From: Octopus sinensis
Lineage: Eukaryota
Direction of reading: 5' to 3'
Assembly (NCBI RefSeq): GCF_006345805.1
Contig: NC_042997.1
Span: 193,006,001-193,070,000, forward strand
Length of the DNA: 64,000 bases
Shown here: positions 12,712 to 24,548 of the stretch, in pieces
Layout of the letters: every line of letters begins with the position of its first letter
How positions within the stretch are numbered: position 1 is the stretch's first letter
Position numbers and translations under genes: made by a program
Notes under the pieces: model-generated
The model's database searches: none
Told to the model about the DNA's origin: nothing
The model's input: the letters and a program-made list of their open reading frames with translations, nothing else

Positions 12712-13459
12712 AAAACAGGTTCTATTGTAAGTGGCGAGACCACAGGAGAATATACGAGTGTTTCGTAGGCTGGTTGTGCAAAGCTTATCCTGATATATCA
12801 ACGTCTTTTATTCCAAAGTCTTGTCCAAAATTAGATTTGGCTCCAAAATGCATAACGTCAAAGAAACTGGAAGTGAGCATTGAAGCAATGGAGCTTAGAA
12901 TTTCGGAGAGACAGAATAAATATGTAAAGTATACTAGCCATCTTAATATGGCTAACCACTAGGGGTGGGGGGTGTTACTGTAGCTTTTTAGCCCCAGGAG
13001 ATCATCGTCTCCAGCTGGCTTTAGACACAATCCTGTACTCTTTAATGATATTCGCAAAGGGAGGTCATCCCCTCTCGAAAACCTAAGTGATATTCATGGA
13101 CTACAGTTTCGAGATTATTGTCTCTTGTCAACACACGCTAATCACGGGTTTTCGATAAGAAAGACCTGTTTGCGAATATCTATTTAATGTTTTTCCCAGT
13201 AACCTCTGTCACTAATTTCGAAAAACGGTCTGAAGGCAATAATAAATCTCTGAGCGAGATGTAAAATAAATATGGTTTATAAAAAAAAAATGAAAGAATT
13301 ATTACAATATTTCTAGAATATAGCGTAAAACATTAAAGCATTTTAGTTGTAAGTATCACCAAATATCTAAGGTTCTAAGGAATGTTTATAAATAATTTTA
13401 TAAGTAAACATGCAAACTGTGTTTTACCATATGGTCACATATACATTTATATTATATAA

Positions 13460-13848
13460 TAATAGGCACTCTGTCGGTTACGACGACGAGGGTTCCAGTT
13501 GATCCGATCAGCGGAATAGCCTGCTCGTGAAATTAACGTGCAACTGGCTGAGCACTCCATAGACACGTGCACCCTTAACGTAGTTTTCGGGGGAGATTCA
13601 GCGTGACACACAGTGTGTGACAAGGCTGGCCCTTTGAAATACAGGTACAACAGAAACAAGAAGAAAGAGTGAGAGAAAGTTGTGGTGAAAGAGTACAGCA
13701 GGATCCTCCACCATCCCCTGCCGCAGCCTCGTGAAGCTTTACGTGTTTTCGCTCAATAAACACTCACAACGCCCAGTCTGGGAATCGAAACCGCTATCCT
13801 ACGACCGCGAGTCCGCTGCCCTAACCACTGGGCCATTGCGCCTCCACA
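13460..13848 (-). mobile_element. Family C tRNA-derived SINE
   Basis: Minus strand begins GTGGAGGCGCAATGGCCCAGTGGTTAGGGCAGCGGACTCGCGG..GGTTTCGATTCCC (Pol III A and B boxes) and ends in a TAT tail. Confidence 0.85.
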
Positions 13849-14394
13849 TTTATATTATATATGACAATCTAAATAGTATGATGTAACGGTGTAACGCACT
13901 GACGGATTGAACATAACTTATGGAATTCAACCAACATTACTTTATCTTTATAGCAATTATATTATACGACAAACTTCGTCTTAGCATGTGGTTGGATGTG
14001 AGTACATGTTATTGACAATGCCCGAGAAGGCAGAAATACAATAAGCGCTCTCACTGACCACATTTGGGACAATTTTCATCTACCTCCGATATATATTGTG
14101 TATTGTGTTTTAAATACAGAAAATCCATGAGATATTATTCCAACGAACGGGAACATAAAACTCTGAGTAACAGTTTTTGTGATGTCTTTGCAGCTTTACC
14201 AATAAAGTATGTGTGTATGCTCGAAATGAGGAGTAGATGGACAGCCGACAACTGATAAAGGGTCGTTCTTTATATTACTTGTCCTGTTTACCATTTGTTT
14301 CCCTCGTTCCTTGCGTATTCAACTCATTATTTTCGTATATCATGTTGTTTACGGTTTGTGACGTCCTATACCCATATATGTGTATATATATATA

Positions 14395-14883
14395 CTAGCA
14401 GTATCGCCCGGCGTTGCTCGGGTTTGTAAGGGAAATAACTATATAAGCATTTTTAGAGAGTTACTTCCCTTATAAATTCGGGCTTTCTCAGCCATTTTTG
14501 TTTTGGTGTCTTCAAGCCATGAAGTCGTTGTTCTAAAAGAACGCTGGTCTCCTTCACAACGCATTACGACGTTGATTTCTTTACACTCCCTTCCCCACAG
14601 CTTCACGAGGGAGGGAGGGGGAGAAGCAAACAGGTGCAGCTGTGAGCGTGGACGCCAACTCCGCCGCCATCGACATACGATGCATTTTATGCATTAAAAT
14701 GGAATAAAAAATGATGTTAAATTATTTTTAAAATCGTAGACTCATCGTTGACGCGCGCTAATACTCAGACGGGCTCGATATGAATCACGACTATAAGATA
14801 CCCGAATTTGGTTAAACTGCACCGCAAAATGTGGGAGGAGTTAGGAATCTAAATCGAAGGGGACAGACACTCACACAACTAGA

Positions 14884-14890
<7 letters not shown>
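14395..14890 (-). mobile_element. Non-autonomous Helitron (family H1), minus copy
   Basis: Terminal CTAG at 14395-98 with CCCG/CGGG hairpin; long homology to the copy at 17551-18032; 5' end runs into (TA)n. Confidence 0.85.
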
Positions 14891-14978
<88 letters not shown>

Positions 14979-15308
14979 GTGTGCGTGTGTGTGCATGTAT
15001 GTACACACACACATACACACACACATATATATATATATCAGTCGATTTTAAAGTCAAAGGATTAAGGTTTAGAAAGTATGCGTTAACCGTAGTATCCAAA
15101 CCTTGTTTCAAGGTAAGTCGTGTGTCTGCAGAGCACATTCCCCATTTATGCATCATCAGCGATACTTTGCTTTCATCATTGGATCAACTTCCAGGAATTC
15201 CAGAGTGTGCGTAGTGTATATATTAAAGATTAATAGAGAAGAAGGAGTGTACCAAAAAGCAATTTATTATCACTTGCTTTTTGGTACATTCCATCTTCGC
15301 TACTAATC

Positions 15309-15398
<90 letters not shown>

Positions 15399-15447
15399 AA
15401 AATTATAAGTATATGAAAGAATGGAGTTGAACGACTAGTTAAAAATA

Positions 15448-15544
15448 TCCTTTATTCTCGACATAAGTTTCGAAGGCTGCATATTCCTAATTCCGAAGGA
15501 ATAAGGAGTACATTATGCAGATTTCTCATCAGGAAAATCAAGGA
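15448..15544 (-). ncRNA. Type I hammerhead ribozyme (left arm, mirror copy)
   Basis: Reverse complement is identical to the right-arm ribozyme across the core and stems. Confidence 0.8.
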
Positions 15545-15668
15545 ACTTATGTCGACATCAAAATGCACAAAAAATTTTTAGCTGACCGCTCTCAAGGAGC
15601 CCATCGCCATGGGCCCCTTGAGAGCGGTCAGCTAAAAGTTTTTTGTGCATTTTGATGTCGACATAAGT

Positions 15669-15765
15669 TCCTTGATTTTCCTGATGAGAAATCTGCATAA
15701 TGTACTCCTTATTCCTTCGGAATTAGGAATATGCAGCCTTCGAAACTTATGTCGAGAATAAAGGA
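15669..15765 (+). ncRNA. Type I hammerhead ribozyme (right arm)
   Basis: Stem I 15669-80 pairs with 15754-65 (11 of 12, one G-U). Core CUGAUGA at 15681-87; stem II closed by G-C with CUGCAUA/UAUGCAG; GAAA at 15742-45; minimal stem III C-UUAU-G; cleavage triplet GUC ending at 15753. Confidence 0.8.
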
Positions 15766-16027
15766 TATTTGTTAACTAGTCGTTCAACTCCATTCTTTCA
15801 TATACATATAATTTTAAAATAAACATACAAATTTCCGCACGAAGACACGTAGTCTATGCCCTAGGGACGTAGCTTCAACCGTGTTCTTTCTGATGTGAAT
15901 TTGCTACCCAGGTATCGGTTATCTTTCGAATTATCCTTAATAAGATAATTCATTCAATTACTCAAATATATATATATATATATATATTATATATTATATA
16001 TATATATATATATATAGATATATATAT

Positions 16028-16073
<46 letters not shown>

Positions 16074-17079
16074 ATTAATATGTATGTATTTATGTATGTA
16101 TACACACACACATATACACTACACGGTCGCCATTTATTGTTCATAGATGTTTTCCACTTTCCCTTTTTATTTTTTTTTTTACTCATGATCTGACTCTTTT
16201 CTAATTAGTTATTCGCAACAAACCTCACTTCTCTCCAGAAATTTATTTCTTTAATCTTCTTATCTGATTCGGTGCTATAGAGGAGAATTAGAAAATTTCG
16301 GTCTAACTGTAAATTTCAAAACAACCTGCTTAATTCACCTTTTAAATAATGTATTTGGTTTTTGTTTTGTTTTATTTCTCATTAGAAATGCAAGGTAATG
16401 ATAATAATTTCTTATATTGGTAAAGCACTAAGTTTAACAGACGAGATATAGCCAATTGGATTGATAGGGCTTTCGTTTTACCAACACCAAATGAGTGAAA
16501 GCCAGTAGACTTAATCTGTTACCCGATTTAGTTCTATATCCAGACCCTTAGATGTTTATTTAGTAAGGCCCTCTACAATCTAAACTTTCAGGCCAAGTCT
16601 TTGGTCAAAGGATAACTTCCTCTCGCCGATCTTGGATACCATGAAAAGGGTCATGGATGTTGTTCTCTCTCCTCCGACGAAGCCATTAAAAATATTAATT
16701 CTGGTTAAGATTTAACCTCAGAATGTGAGGTTGCCTCATGTATCTCATGTTATCTTTTCGTCTGAATAAAATCAATGACCATATCAAACACTAAAGGAGT
16801 GACAAAATATATCTTGGTTTTTATTCATTTTAAATTCTTATTTCACTTATTTATTTATTTATTTATTAAAAAATGATCCGATCTACCAATTTTCTTGGTA
16901 AACTGAATATCTGGCGGGGGTGAGGCACTATAGGTTTTAGGTTCATGGTGTTCTGAGCAAAAAGGATTCTGCGAATAAAGTTTTCTTAAAGTCAACAGAA
17001 ATTACGAGTAATATATTGTTTCACTTTTACCTCAGGTTCTTAAGCTGTTTTTAATAAATAAGCACATTTCTTGTACTTA

Positions 17080-17280
17080 AAACACAAGGCCTGAAATTTT
17101 GGGAGGGGGCGGGGAAAGTAGATTATATCGACCCTAGTGCTCGACTGGTACTTAATTTATCGACCTCGACAGTATAAAAGGCAAAGTCGACCTCGGCGGA
17201 ATTTGAACTCAGAACGTAATGACAGACGAAATGCTTATAAGCATTTTGTCCGCCGTGCTAACGTTTCTGCCAGATCACTG
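17080..17280 (-). mobile_element. Family A SINE
   Basis: AAAGGCAAAGTCGACCTCGGCGGAATTTGAACTCAGAACG core. Confidence 0.8.
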
Positions 17281-17550
17281 CTTTAAAATAAAACAAAATT
17301 TTAAAATAAGGTGGTTAGCTCGTATAATCGTTAGAACGTCGGAAAAATATATGGTTCTATTTGTTCCGACTCTTTACCTTTTGAGTTTAAAATCCCGTTG
17401 AAAACAACCTTTCCTTTGATTCCTCCAGAGTCGATTAAATAAAGTGGTCTCTTAAATTTTTTTTTAAGCCATCAAAATGTTCTCAAATTTTCTTCACTGA
17501 TACAGTTGTACATAACGATGACGAAAATGGCATTCATTTCTATCTAGAAA

Positions 17551-18032
17551 TCTTTATATATAAAAGTAAGGTTGTGTGTCTGTCTACTCCGATTTAGATT
17601 CCTAACTACTCCCACATTTTGCGGTGCAGTTTAACCAAAACCGGGTATCTTATAGTCGTGATTCATATCGAGCCCTTCTGGGTATTAGCGCGCGTCTACG
17701 ATGAGTCTACGATTTTAAAAATAATTTACCATCATTTTTTCCATTATAATGCATATTTTTTTAAAGGGAAGTAACTCTCTAAAAATGTCTACGATGAGTC
17801 AACGACTTTTAAAATAATTTACCATCATTTTTTCCATTTTAATGCATATTTTTTAAAGGGAAGTAACTCTCTAAAAATGTCTACGATGAGTCAACGATTT
17901 TTATAAAAATTTACCATCATATTTTTTCCATTTTTAATGCATTTTTTTGCTATTTTTTTGGCTATAACTCTCTAAAAATGCTTTATAGTTATTTCCCTTA
18001 CAAACCCGAGCAACGCCGGGCGATACTGCTAG
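17551..18032 (+). mobile_element. Non-autonomous Helitron (family H1), full length
   Basis: 5' A|TC at 17551; 3' CTAG|T at 18029-32; subterminal hairpin CCCG-AGCAACGC-CGGG; no TSD; three internal ~75-bp tandem repeats. Confidence 0.9.
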
Positions 18033-18457
18033 TTAATAATAAAGAAAATGTTACAAGCCTTTAAAGTTATATCATTATAGTCAACCGCAAGCTTCCTACA
18101 TACCGGATGTCGTAATTGTCTCTTTCCTTGATAATTGCATTCATCTTCCTCTTTCGACTTGTGATTCTATTTGTGTATTCCTAAGTGAAGGAATCGATCA
18201 CAGTCGGTTTATGTGTGAAGAAAACAGGAAAATATGTATGTACCTCGTGTAAATAATTGCTGTAATTAACATCCGTAGTGTTACTGAATCCTATTTTCTT
18301 CACACGAAGGATCTACTTCGTAACCCATTAAAGACTGGCGGTCCAATCTTGAAATGTCGAAATTGACGAAGCAATGTTTTCTAGACGGAAATATAATAAA
18401 AGTAGCATGTGCCTTCTCGAGATCATGACACACTGGAAAAAAACATTAGACAATCGC

Positions 18458-18842
18458 AGGAGTGGCTGTGTGGTAAGTAGCTTCTTTACCAACCACATGG
18501 TTCCAGGTTCAGTCCCACTGCGTGGCATCTTGGGCAAATGTCTTTTGCTATAGCCCCGGGCCGACCAATGCCTTGTGAGTGGATTTGGTAGACGGAAACT
18601 GAAAGAAGCCTGTCGTATATATGTATATATATATATATAAGTTTGTGTCTGTGTTTGTCCCCCTAGCATTGCTTGACAACCGATGCTGGTATGTTTACGT
18701 CCCCGTAACTTAGCGGTTCGGCAAAAGAGACCGATAGAATAAGTACTGGGCTTTCAAAGAATAAGTCCCGGGGTCGATCTGCTTGACTAAAGGCGGTGCT
18801 CCAGCATGGCCGCAGTCAAATGACTGAAACAAGTAAAAGAGT
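18458..18842 (+). mobile_element. Family B SINE, full length
   Basis: AGGAGTGGCTGTGTGGTAAGTAGC..GGTTCAGTCCC head; internal (TA)n; GAAACAAGTAAAAGAG tail. Confidence 0.9.
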
Positions 18843-18884
18843 AATCGATTCTAAAATTACGTAACTTTGAAGACATTCTTTTAT

Positions 18885-19081
18885 TAAGTTTCAGTCATTT
18901 GACTGCGGCGATGCTGGAGCACCGCCTTCAGTCGAGCAAATCGACCCCAGGACTTATTCTTTGTAAGCCCAGTACTTATTATATCGGTCTCTTTTGCCGA
19001 AAGGCTATGTCACGGGGACGTAAACACTCCAGCATCGGTTGTCAAGCGATGTTGGGGGGGGGGACAAACACAGACACACAA

Positions 19082-19137
<56 letters not shown>

Positions 19138-19315
19138 CACACACACACATATATATATATACGACGGACTTCTTTCAGTTTCCGTCTACCAAATCCACTC
19201 ACATGGCTTTGGTCGGCCCGAGGCTTTAGTAGAAGACACTTTCGCAAGGTGCCACGCAGTGGGACTGAATCCGGAACCATGTGGTTGGTAAGCAAGCTAC
19301 TTAGCACACAGCCAC
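18885..19315 (-). mobile_element. Family B SINE, inverted relative to the adjacent copy
   Basis: Reverse complement of family B with internal (CA)n. Confidence 0.9.
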
Positions 19316-19861
19316 ACAGAGAAAATTGATGTTATTTTCGTCATTGATAACGGACAAAGTCGACTGCTATTGAAGAGGCTGCAAGAAGCAACGAAAATTT
19401 AAGAAAAAAAAATAATAATAAGTAAATGATTGGAAATCGAATCCGGTGAGTGTGTTAATTAATAAGGCATAACAACACAATGACTCTTCCCAGACACAAC
19501 AAAATATAAAACTGTATCAATGTAAGAAAAAAAAACAAAAAAATGTAATACATTCTGGTGGTTGTTTGAAAAACTTCAACTGGCTAAAAAATTTTTTAAA
19601 GATCCAAGCACGGGGGCCGATGGTATCAAGAGCCCACTTCCTCTGAAAATTTGCCGGCGTTGTACTTTTATTTAGAAACCGTCATCGCTTTCGAAAGTGC
19701 TCTTTGTTACGTTTGATATTCCATACATTTTTTTTTTTTTTGTTACCAGACGACATTTGAAATGTCAAATATTAAACTATGTGCAAATATGAAAAAGAAA
19801 GTTAGGGAACAAATAAAACAAAATTAGGAAAGAAAGAGAAAGTATATTGTGAAATCTTATT

Positions 19862-20347
19862 CAACTCCTACACACTGTGTGTGTGTGTGTGTGCGTGTGC
19901 GTGTGTGTGTTTGTGTGTATGTATGTATTCACGTATGTATGTATGTATGTATGTATGTATGTATGTATGTATGTATGTATGTATGCATGTATGTATTTAT
20001 GTATGTATGTATTTATGTATGTATGTATGTATGTATGTATGTATGTATGTATGTATGTATGTATGTATTATGTATGTATGTATGCATGTATGTATGTATG
20101 TATGTATGTATGTATGTATGTATGCATGTATGTATGTATGGATGTATGTATGCATGCATGCGTGTGTATGTGTGTGTGTATGAATGCATGTATGTAAGTA
20201 TGTATGTATGTATGTATGTATGTATGTATGTATGTATGTATGCATGTGTGTGAATGAATGCATGTATGTATGTATGTATATGTATGTATGCATGTGTGTG
20301 AATGAATGTATGTATGTATGTATGTATGTATGTATGTATGTATGTAT
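19862..20347. repeat. (TG)n/(ATGT)n compound microsatellite
   Basis: Direct reading; source of the MYVC/HTYI pseudo-ORFs. Confidence 0.95.
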
Positions 20348-20650
20348 AGTGGAGGCACATGGCCTTGTGGTTAGAACAGCGAGTCCGCGGTCGAAGGATC
20401 GCGGGATCGAATCTCAGGCAGGGCGATGTGTGTGTTTATGAGCGAAACACCTAAGCTCCACGCGGTTCCGGCATAAGGTAATGGCAAAACTCAGCTGACT
20501 CTTTCGCCACAACTTCCACTCACTCTTTCCTCCTGCATCTTGCAGCTCACCTACGGCGGACCGACGTCCAGTCCGGGTGGGGAACCTATACGCCAATGAA
20601 ACCGGGAAACCGGCCCTTATGAGCCTGGCGTAGCTCAAGAAAGAACAAAC
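20348..20650 (+). mobile_element. Family C SINE
   Basis: GTGGAGGCACATGGCCTTGTGGTTAG..GGATCGAATCTC tRNA-like head. Confidence 0.8.
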
Positions 20651-21074
20651 ATGTAATGTATGCAAGCGTGTGTGTGTGTGTGTATGTATTTATGTATTAT
20701 ATTGTTATTTAAAATGGATCTCCGTTGGTTTCGATGTTAAGTATTTAATGTGGAAGTGACCGAGTATTCCTGACACGTAGGCCCTTAATATAACTTTCAG
20801 AGTCAGCCTCACACAATGTGACAAGGTCGATCCTTTCAATTACAGATGCAAAGAATCGACAGGTTTCAGCACAGTTTCCGTTTGTTCAATTTTATTCATG
20901 ATATTTGGTTTGAGGGGAAGTATTGTAAAAGACACTACCCCCATGACAAAATGCTGCGCGGTGCGATCGAAACCAGGACGTCGTGGATACGAAGCGGACC
21001 CCAAGATCATTCGGTTATGCTACATCTACTTTTCCTCACGTCCATCCATCCATACACAGACACACACACACACA

Positions 21075-21391
21075 CACATGCTGGTGGCACGTGAAAAAAC
21101 ATTCGAGCGAGGTCGTTGCCAGTGCCGCTGGACTGGCTCCTGTGCAGGTGGCACATAAAAAGCACCATTTGAGCGTAGCCGTTGCCGGTACCGCCTGACT
21201 GGCCCTCGTGTCGGTAGCACGTAAAAGCACCCACTATACTCTCGGGGTGGTTAGCGTTAGGAAGAGCATCCAGCTGTAGAAACTATGACTGATCAGATTG
21301 GAGTCTGGTGCAGCCATCTGGTTCGCCAGACGTCAGTCAAATCGTCCAACCCATGCCAGCATGGAAAGCGGACGTTAAACGATAATGATGA

Positions 21392-21395
<4 letters not shown>
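21075..21395 (+). mobile_element. Family D retroposon with (GAT)n tail
   Basis: Internal GTGGCAC(G/A)TAAAAAGCACC repeats; 3' end CCAACCCATGCCAGCATGGAAAGCGGACGTTAAACGAT(GAT)n. Confidence 0.8.
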
Positions 21396-21474
<79 letters not shown>

Positions 21475-21681
21475 GTATGTATATATAGGGAGAGTTTACG
21501 AAAAAATCAAAAGACGAAGATAGGTGGTGTACAAAACAAACAGATGTATTAGTATAACGCTCAGGAATAGAAAAGGTATTTTACGTTTCGAGCCTACGCT
21601 CGTCTACAGAAAGGGACACAGAAAAAAACAAGGAGAGAAACAAAGAGAGAAAAAAATGTGTAGTGGCTAACGATCTATGTG

Positions 21682-21742
<61 letters not shown>

Positions 21743-21758
21743 AGTTAGATAAAGCCGG

Positions 21759-21795
<37 letters not shown>

Positions 21796-22215
21796 ACGCA
21801 CACGCACACACACAACCATCCCCGATGAAGTCATAGGGTGATACACAAGCATTCAGCTATTAGTGCATCTTTTAGCTGAAGCACTTGTAAGCTAATGCAC
21901 TTTATGACATAACTTCTAATTCCCTTGTCATTTTAATTTGATACGTGTGTGTATCTATATACATACATACATCCATCCATACATAGTGCACATACACGCA
22001 CACACACATACACACACACACGTACACCCACCCACACTCGCATACATCAAACCCAACCTATCTGCTATCCAAATACAACGCCCCAGTCATTATGCAGCTC
22101 ATTTTGTAGATTAACGTATTTATTTTTCGTTAATGTAATTTGTTTTCCTTTTATTTCGGCAAAAAAAAAAGAAGAGAAATAATTATAATAAAATGTAGGT
22201 AGGTATTTCAAACTC

Positions 22216-22223
22216 TATAAATA
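22216..22223 (+). promoter_or_regulatory. TATA box of the Gly-rich Ly6 gene
   Basis: TATAAATA 61 bp upstream of the ATG at 22277. Confidence 0.6.
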
Positions 22224-22276
22224 CTGAATGAATGGATTTCTAGAGTCATAAGAAGTAATCCTGAAAAACGATCAAC

Positions 22277-22325
22277 ATGTACTCCCGGAGTGCAACGTTG
22301 GTTCTTGTCTTCATCTTCTGTGCAG
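22277..22325 (+). CDS. Gly-rich Ly6/three-finger protein, exon 1 (signal peptide)
   Basis: CAAC-ATG; encodes MYSRSATLVLVFIFCA+G; phase-1 donor G|GTAAAA matches the phase of exon 2 and completes signal peptide MYSRSATLVLVFIFCAAPAVWS. Confidence 0.8.
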
Positions 22326-22694
22326 GTAAAATACACTAATATAGTTCATGTTTGCCTTTTTATTTGCATTAATGATAATTTCTTTGTTAATTGTAATTTC
22401 TTATTTTTAATTCGCTTATTTAAATATGTACAGCCACCGATATTTTGTGTCTGACGTAATGAAACGACTCCATTTTGTTGAGTGACAGGCGTTAGAACTG
22501 GCTGAAATTAGAGGCCATGTGAAATTCTTTTATTATAATTTTAAGAGGAGAATTTGATCTCACCTCTTCGTGTTGTTGAAATATTCTTTAATAATATATA
22601 CGTTGGCCAACTCGGTAGGGTGGCGGACAGAATGATTGGGAGTATTTAGTTTTACTTCTTTAGGTTCAGGTTTCGAATCCTACAAAAGTCAAAG

Positions 22695-23102
22695 GGATCT
22701 TTTCGGTTTGAACGGCAGTTTTTTTTCTAGCGGTGTCATATGAAATTGTCACCCATAATTATGACCCTAGTATCGATCTATTGCATTTCAATCTGTTTTA
22801 GGGTTACGGGGAAGAGTATCTCTTTTTCTTCAGAAATGTAAATAAACCCAATCTGTTTCTTAAACGAGGCACATATTCATACGACACAGAATGTTTTCAC
22901 CTCAATAGACGTCATTGATTGGTTGAAATTGCAGAAATTGAAGAACAACAACAACAAATATCTTACAAACTATAGAATTTTCTCAATAAAGCCAAGAAAA
23001 AAAGATGTTTTATAAACACATTCTACCAGTATACGAAGTTTAAAAGTGTTTAGTTACGTGGAAATTATTTAAAAAAAACTGCCGTTCAAACCGAAAAGAT
23101 CC
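22695..23102. mobile_element. Second copy of the GGATCTTTTCGG TIR element, opposite orientation, in intron 1 of the Ly6 gene
   Basis: Same TIRs; internal sequence is the reverse complement of 12282-12711; no TSD recognisable. Confidence 0.85.
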
Positions 23103-23289
23103 GGTTGTAATAATCGAGAACGCGCCTCTTTTTCTGGATGGGAAACTATGTACCTATATCAGAAAACTATAATATACTGTTACTAACATCATGAGGTTGT
23201 TCTTACTGTTGATTACACAACGTTTCCACTGTCTGAAGTGGAAATGAAGTCAGCGAATTTATGTATCTTGAAAATTTTACTCATTTACT

Positions 23290-23697
23290 TGCGTCAGTCA
23301 TTTGACTGCGGCCATGCTGGAGCACCGCCTTTAGTCGAGCAAATTTACCCCCAGAACTTATTCTTTGGAAGCCTAGTACTTATTCTATCGGTCTCTCTTG
23401 CCGAACCGCTAAGTTACGGGGACGTAAACACACTACCATCGGTTGTCAAGTAATGTTGGGGGGACAAACACAGATACACAAACATATACACACATATACA
23501 TATATATATATGTATATATAAATATACATATATACGACAGGATTCTTTCAGTTTCCGTCTACCAAATCCACTCACAAGGATTTGGTCGGCTCGAGGCTAT
23601 AGTAGAAGACACTTGCCCAAGGTGCCGTGCAGTGGGACTGAACCTGGAACCATGTGGTTGGTAAGCAAGCTACTTACCACACAGCCACTCCTGCGCC
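23290..23697 (-). mobile_element. Family B SINE
   Basis: Matches the reverse complement of family B. Confidence 0.9.
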
Positions 23698-24099
23698 TTG
23701 GGTATGCTCAAAATGCACACCTACTCGTTTCCTACCCGCGAGTGCCTCACCCGTGGAGGACGTGGCGATAACACCTACCGGCGGTGCGGCAGCGCATCCG
23801 AGAGGATCTCCCAGGAAAATTCTAAAGTAGAGGCCCACAATCTCTTCCACGACCCTTAGAATAGTGTCATAAATGTTTCTTCTTATACTTGATAGTATTT
23901 ACAGCCAGGCAGACAAAGACCCACTGACCAAGAAGTTAGATTCGTAAAATCAGTTGAGCTTTGTGATACATAGTTACGTCTCTTCACGTTCTGCGTTTAA
24001 ATCTCTGACAATACTAATTAGTTTCATTGTCCTCACATCTCTGACAACATCAATTAATCCAATTGCCCTCACATCCATTATGATATGCAAACAGTCGTA

Positions 24100-24330
24100 G
24101 ATATCTTGATGTTTATCACCTTCGGTTACTTTCTCTTCTCAATGATCGTCAGTACAGTTTCAACAGTCGTATCTACTGGAAACTTACACTTCTACATCAC
24201 ACTGCGCTCTCATATATCCTCATGGCTAATTATTCGGCTACTTGAGTTATATCTATTATCCCTGGTATACCTCAGGGTTCTGTTATGTATTTCACGCTCT
24301 TCTTTCTCTACATGAATGACCTCACTCTTA
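24100..24330 (+). pseudogene. Degraded LINE reverse-transcriptase fragment (CR1/Jockey-like)
   Basis: Translates as ..PGIPQGSVM.. and ..LFFLYMNDL, matching the GVPQGS..LYINDL RT motif. Confidence 0.55.
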
Positions 24331-24548
24331 CTTCTAAGCTGACTCTTATACAAAGACTATTACACGTTAAGGCACCTTAATGGCTAAACTTTACAATAAT
24401 GTCAACCAATGGCAACCTCAAAGATCAATCTTTTCCTTTTATTCTATTTCAGTTGATGCAATAATTACCCGTTAAGTACTGGGTATAATTTGATTGTACC
24501 GTTTCTCAAACTTTGAGGCCTTGTGCCTCATCAATCATCAGCCAAGTG

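Larger units (their letters stand above)
15393..15821. repeat. Near-perfect palindrome (arms ~212 bp, 4-nt loop CGCC), inverted Penelope-type terminal repeat
   Basis: Left arm 15393-15604 is the reverse complement of right arm 15609-15821, with only a few substitutions and one indel. Confidence 0.97.

Noticed and set aside
13780-13848. tRNA genes at family C heads (also 20348, 25720, 40490, 59724)
   Set aside because: tRNA-like A/B boxes continue into SINE bodies and lack a complete cloverleaf.
23700-23860. Possible R2/NeSL-type zinc-knuckle remnant (..RRCG..)
   Set aside because: Too short and degenerate to assign.
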